Shown piece after piece: positions 62,159-64,000 of a DNA stretch of 64,000 nucleotides. The stretch covers positions 2,329 to 66,328 of the forward strand of contig JAJZCR010000005.1 in assembly GCA_021851715.1 (NCBI GenBank). The letters run 5' to 3'. Numbering within the stretch: position 1 is the stretch's first letter; every line of letters begins with the position of its first letter. The translations under genes and the position numbers were made by a program. The DNA comes from Planctomycetota bacterium. Lineage in GTDB: Bacteria > Planctomycetota > Phycisphaerae > WQYP01. The notes beneath the pieces were generated by a model, which saw only the letters and a list, made by a program, of their open reading frames with translations, ran no database searches and had not been told where the DNA came from.

Positions 62159-63742
62159 TTACAGGTTGTCCTTCTCCAGCGACTCCACTTCATGGATCAG
62201 TCGGTATTCAATGCCATCCACAAGGGCCTGCCAACTGGCCTCAATCACATTTTCGGAAACACCCACCGTGCCGAACACTCCTTCCGGCGAACGAAATTCA
62301 ATCACCACCCGAACTTTCGCGGCGGTTTCGGCGGATGAATTCACCACCCGCACCTTGTAATCCAGCAGGTGCAGCTTGGCGATGCCGGGGTAGTGTGGCA
62401 GCAGCGAGGCGCGCAAAGCCGCATCCAGCGCGTTCACCGGGCCGTCACCCGTCGCGGATTCGCTGACCGCGTTGTTGCCGATACGCATTTTCAGCGTGGC
62501 CACGGTGGATACCGGGCCGTCACCGCTGCGGGATATGGCGCAGTGGTAGCTTTCTAAATCGAAGAATTTGCGGTATCGGCCGATCTGCTTGCGCAGCACC
62601 AGTTCAAAAGAACCTTCCGCCGCCTCAAACTGATAGCCCGCGGCTTCCCGCGTGGTAATCTGATCCAGCACTTTTTTAAGGGCCACACGGTCATTTTCAA
62701 TCTGAAATTTCCGCCCGGCCTTGGCGGCTATATTGGAAATGCCCGATAGCTCCGATACCAGAATGCGCCGCGAATTACCCACGGCTTCCGGCGGAATATG
62801 CTCGTACGAACGCGAAAGCTTGTTCACCGCATGAACGTGCATCCCACCCTTGTGCGCAAAGGCGCTGGTACCTACAAACGGCTGATTGTTGATAAAATTA
62901 AGATTGGCAATTTCGTACACAAATCGCGAAACCTCCGTCAAATGGTGCAGCGATTCGGGCAGCAGGCAATCGAAGTCCATTTTCAGACGCAGGTTCGCAA
63001 TCACCGTGGTAATATCCACATTACCGCAGCGTTCACCCAGGCCGTTGATGGTACCTTGCACGTGTATCACTCCGGCCCGCACGGCCACCAGCGAATTGGC
63101 CACCGCCAGGCCGCTGTCGTTATGGGTGTGAATACCCACGGGAATGGCCACACTTTCCGCGGCCTTTTTCACGAATTCCGCCACCCGCAGCGGCAGCGAA
63201 CCACCGTTGGTATCGCACAGGCAAACCAGCACCGCTCCGGCCTGCGCCGCCGCCGCCAGTGTTTTCAAGCCGTACTCTGAATTGGCCGCAGTGCCATCAA
63301 AAAAATGCTCCGCATCATAAATCACCTTGCGCCCCAGCCGCGTGAGATAAGCCACACTTTCGGCGATCATGTCCAGATTTTCCTGCAAGCTTACCCCCAG
63401 CACCTCGGTGGCGTGCAGATCCCAGGTTTTACCCACCACGGTGACATACTCGGTTTCGGCATCGCGCAAGGCACTTAAACCGGTGTCATCCTCCGGCTTT
63501 ATTCCTTTGCGGCGGGTCATCCCAAAGGCCACCAGCCGGGAGTTTGTCAGATGCAAAGACCGCGCCTCCCGGAAGAAGGCCACATCCTTAGGATTAGACA
63601 GCGGATAGCCGCCTTCGATAAAGTCCACCCCAAGTTCATCGAGTCTGTGGGCAATCAGCAGTTTATCCTGCACGGAAAAGGATATCCCTTCCCCCTGGCT
63701 GCCATCGCGCAGTGTCGTGTCGTATATTTCAATGCGTTTCAT
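62159..63742 (-). CDS. cimA: (R)-citramalate synthase / 2-isopropylmalate synthase family (CimA-type)
   Basis: 'MKRIEIYDTTLRDGSQGEGISFSVQDKLLIAHRLDELGVDFIEGGYPLSNPKD', 'HTHNDSGLAVANSL' and a C-terminal LeuA-dimer region. ATG at 63740-63742 after GGAGG (track start 63931). Confidence 0.85.
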   Translation of the reverse strand: MKRIEIYDTTLRDGSQGEGISFSVQDKLLIAHRLDELGVDFIEGGYPLSNPKDVAFFREARSLHLTNSRLVAFGMTRRKGIKPEDDTGLSALRDAETEYVTVVGKTWDLHATEVLGVSLQENLDMIAESVAYLTRLGRKVIYDAEHFFDGTAANSEYGLKTLAAAAQAGAVLVCLCDTNGGSLPLRVAEFVKKAAESVAIPVGIHTHNDSGLAVANSLVAVRAGVIHVQGTINGLGERCGNVDITTVIANLRLKMDFDCLLPESLHHLTEVSRFVYEIANLNFINNQPFVGTSAFAHKGGMHVHAVNKLSRSYEHIPPEAVGNSRRILVSELSGISNIAAKAGRKFQIENDRVALKKVLDQITTREAAGYQFEAAEGSFELVLRKQIGRYRKFFDLESYHCAISRSGDGPVSTVATLKMRIGNNAVSESATGDGPVNALDAALRASLLPHYPGIAKLHLLDYKVRVVNSSAETAAKVRVVIEFRSPEGVFGTVGVSENVIEASWQALVDGIEYRLIHEVESLEKDNL

Positions 63743-64000
63743 AAATAACCTCCGGTCCTCCGCTAAGGGGCCGACCCTTATTGTGGCGGCATCCGGACGG
63801 AATATCAATGATGGCAGTGCAACCCCATCCGCCCTGGCACCGGTACTGTGCCATTGCCGTGGCACAGGGGGCCTTCGCCATGCCGACAAGCTGCCAAATC
63901 CCCTTTTTTGCCGACGCTTGGCGGTTTTCATCCGTCATGCCGGTGCAGCGGATGCCCGCCGCAGATTGGGATTGCCCAACTGTCCGCAAGCCCCCATTAA

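Noticed and set aside
1-64000. I looked for CRISPR arrays, tRNA/rRNA/tmRNA/RNase P/SRP signatures, IS elements, integrases, toxin-antitoxin pairs and classical defence genes (restriction-modification, helicase/nuclease pairs).
   Set aside because: I found no regularly spaced direct repeats, no T-loop (GGTTCGAATCC-like) motifs in intergenic DNA, no conserved RNase P, tmRNA or SRP boxes, and no ORF with transposase, recombinase or nuclease motifs. Manual scanning of 64 kb can miss short or degenerate elements.

Overview
64-kb chromosomal segment, about 57% GC by eye, from a Gram-negative environmental bacterium. It may be PVC/Planctomycetota-like; that is a guess from the giant low-complexity proteins, the exosortase/PEP-CTERM genes and the overall gene content. 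I can support about 43 protein-coding genes. I found no rRNA or tRNA gene, no CRISPR array and no transposase or integrase. Housekeeping genes (rpiB, zwf, argJ, ilvC, valS, cimA, kdsB) are interleaved with six accessory modules. (i) The start of a group-4 (Hyf/Hyc-like) membrane hydrogenase operon. (ii) A ketosynthase (KS) plus Gln-type chain-length-factor (CLF) pair followed by FIST and CYTH proteins, next to a divergent sulfotransferase. (iii) An envelope-polysaccharide locus (exosortase, EpsI, giant TPR, Wzc-like, Wza-like) with a GH16-malectin enzyme and unusually long non-coding spacers. (iv) A second KS plus half-size CLF plus lysophospholipid acyltransferase plus hot-dog dehydratase set, which resembles an aryl-polyene core without ACP or ketoreductase. 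(v) A heavy-metal-type RND efflux operon preceded by an ECF sigma factor, a membrane anti-sigma-like protein and a small Met/Cys/His-rich periplasmic protein; two of these genes carry the same ECF-type promoter motif. (vi) A PEP-CTERM metalloprotease-like exosortase substrate. A hairpin-forming element of about 107 nt occurs twice, about 95% identical, in opposite orientation and 34.5 kb apart. All family calls come from motif recognition by eye; no database search or folding program was run.
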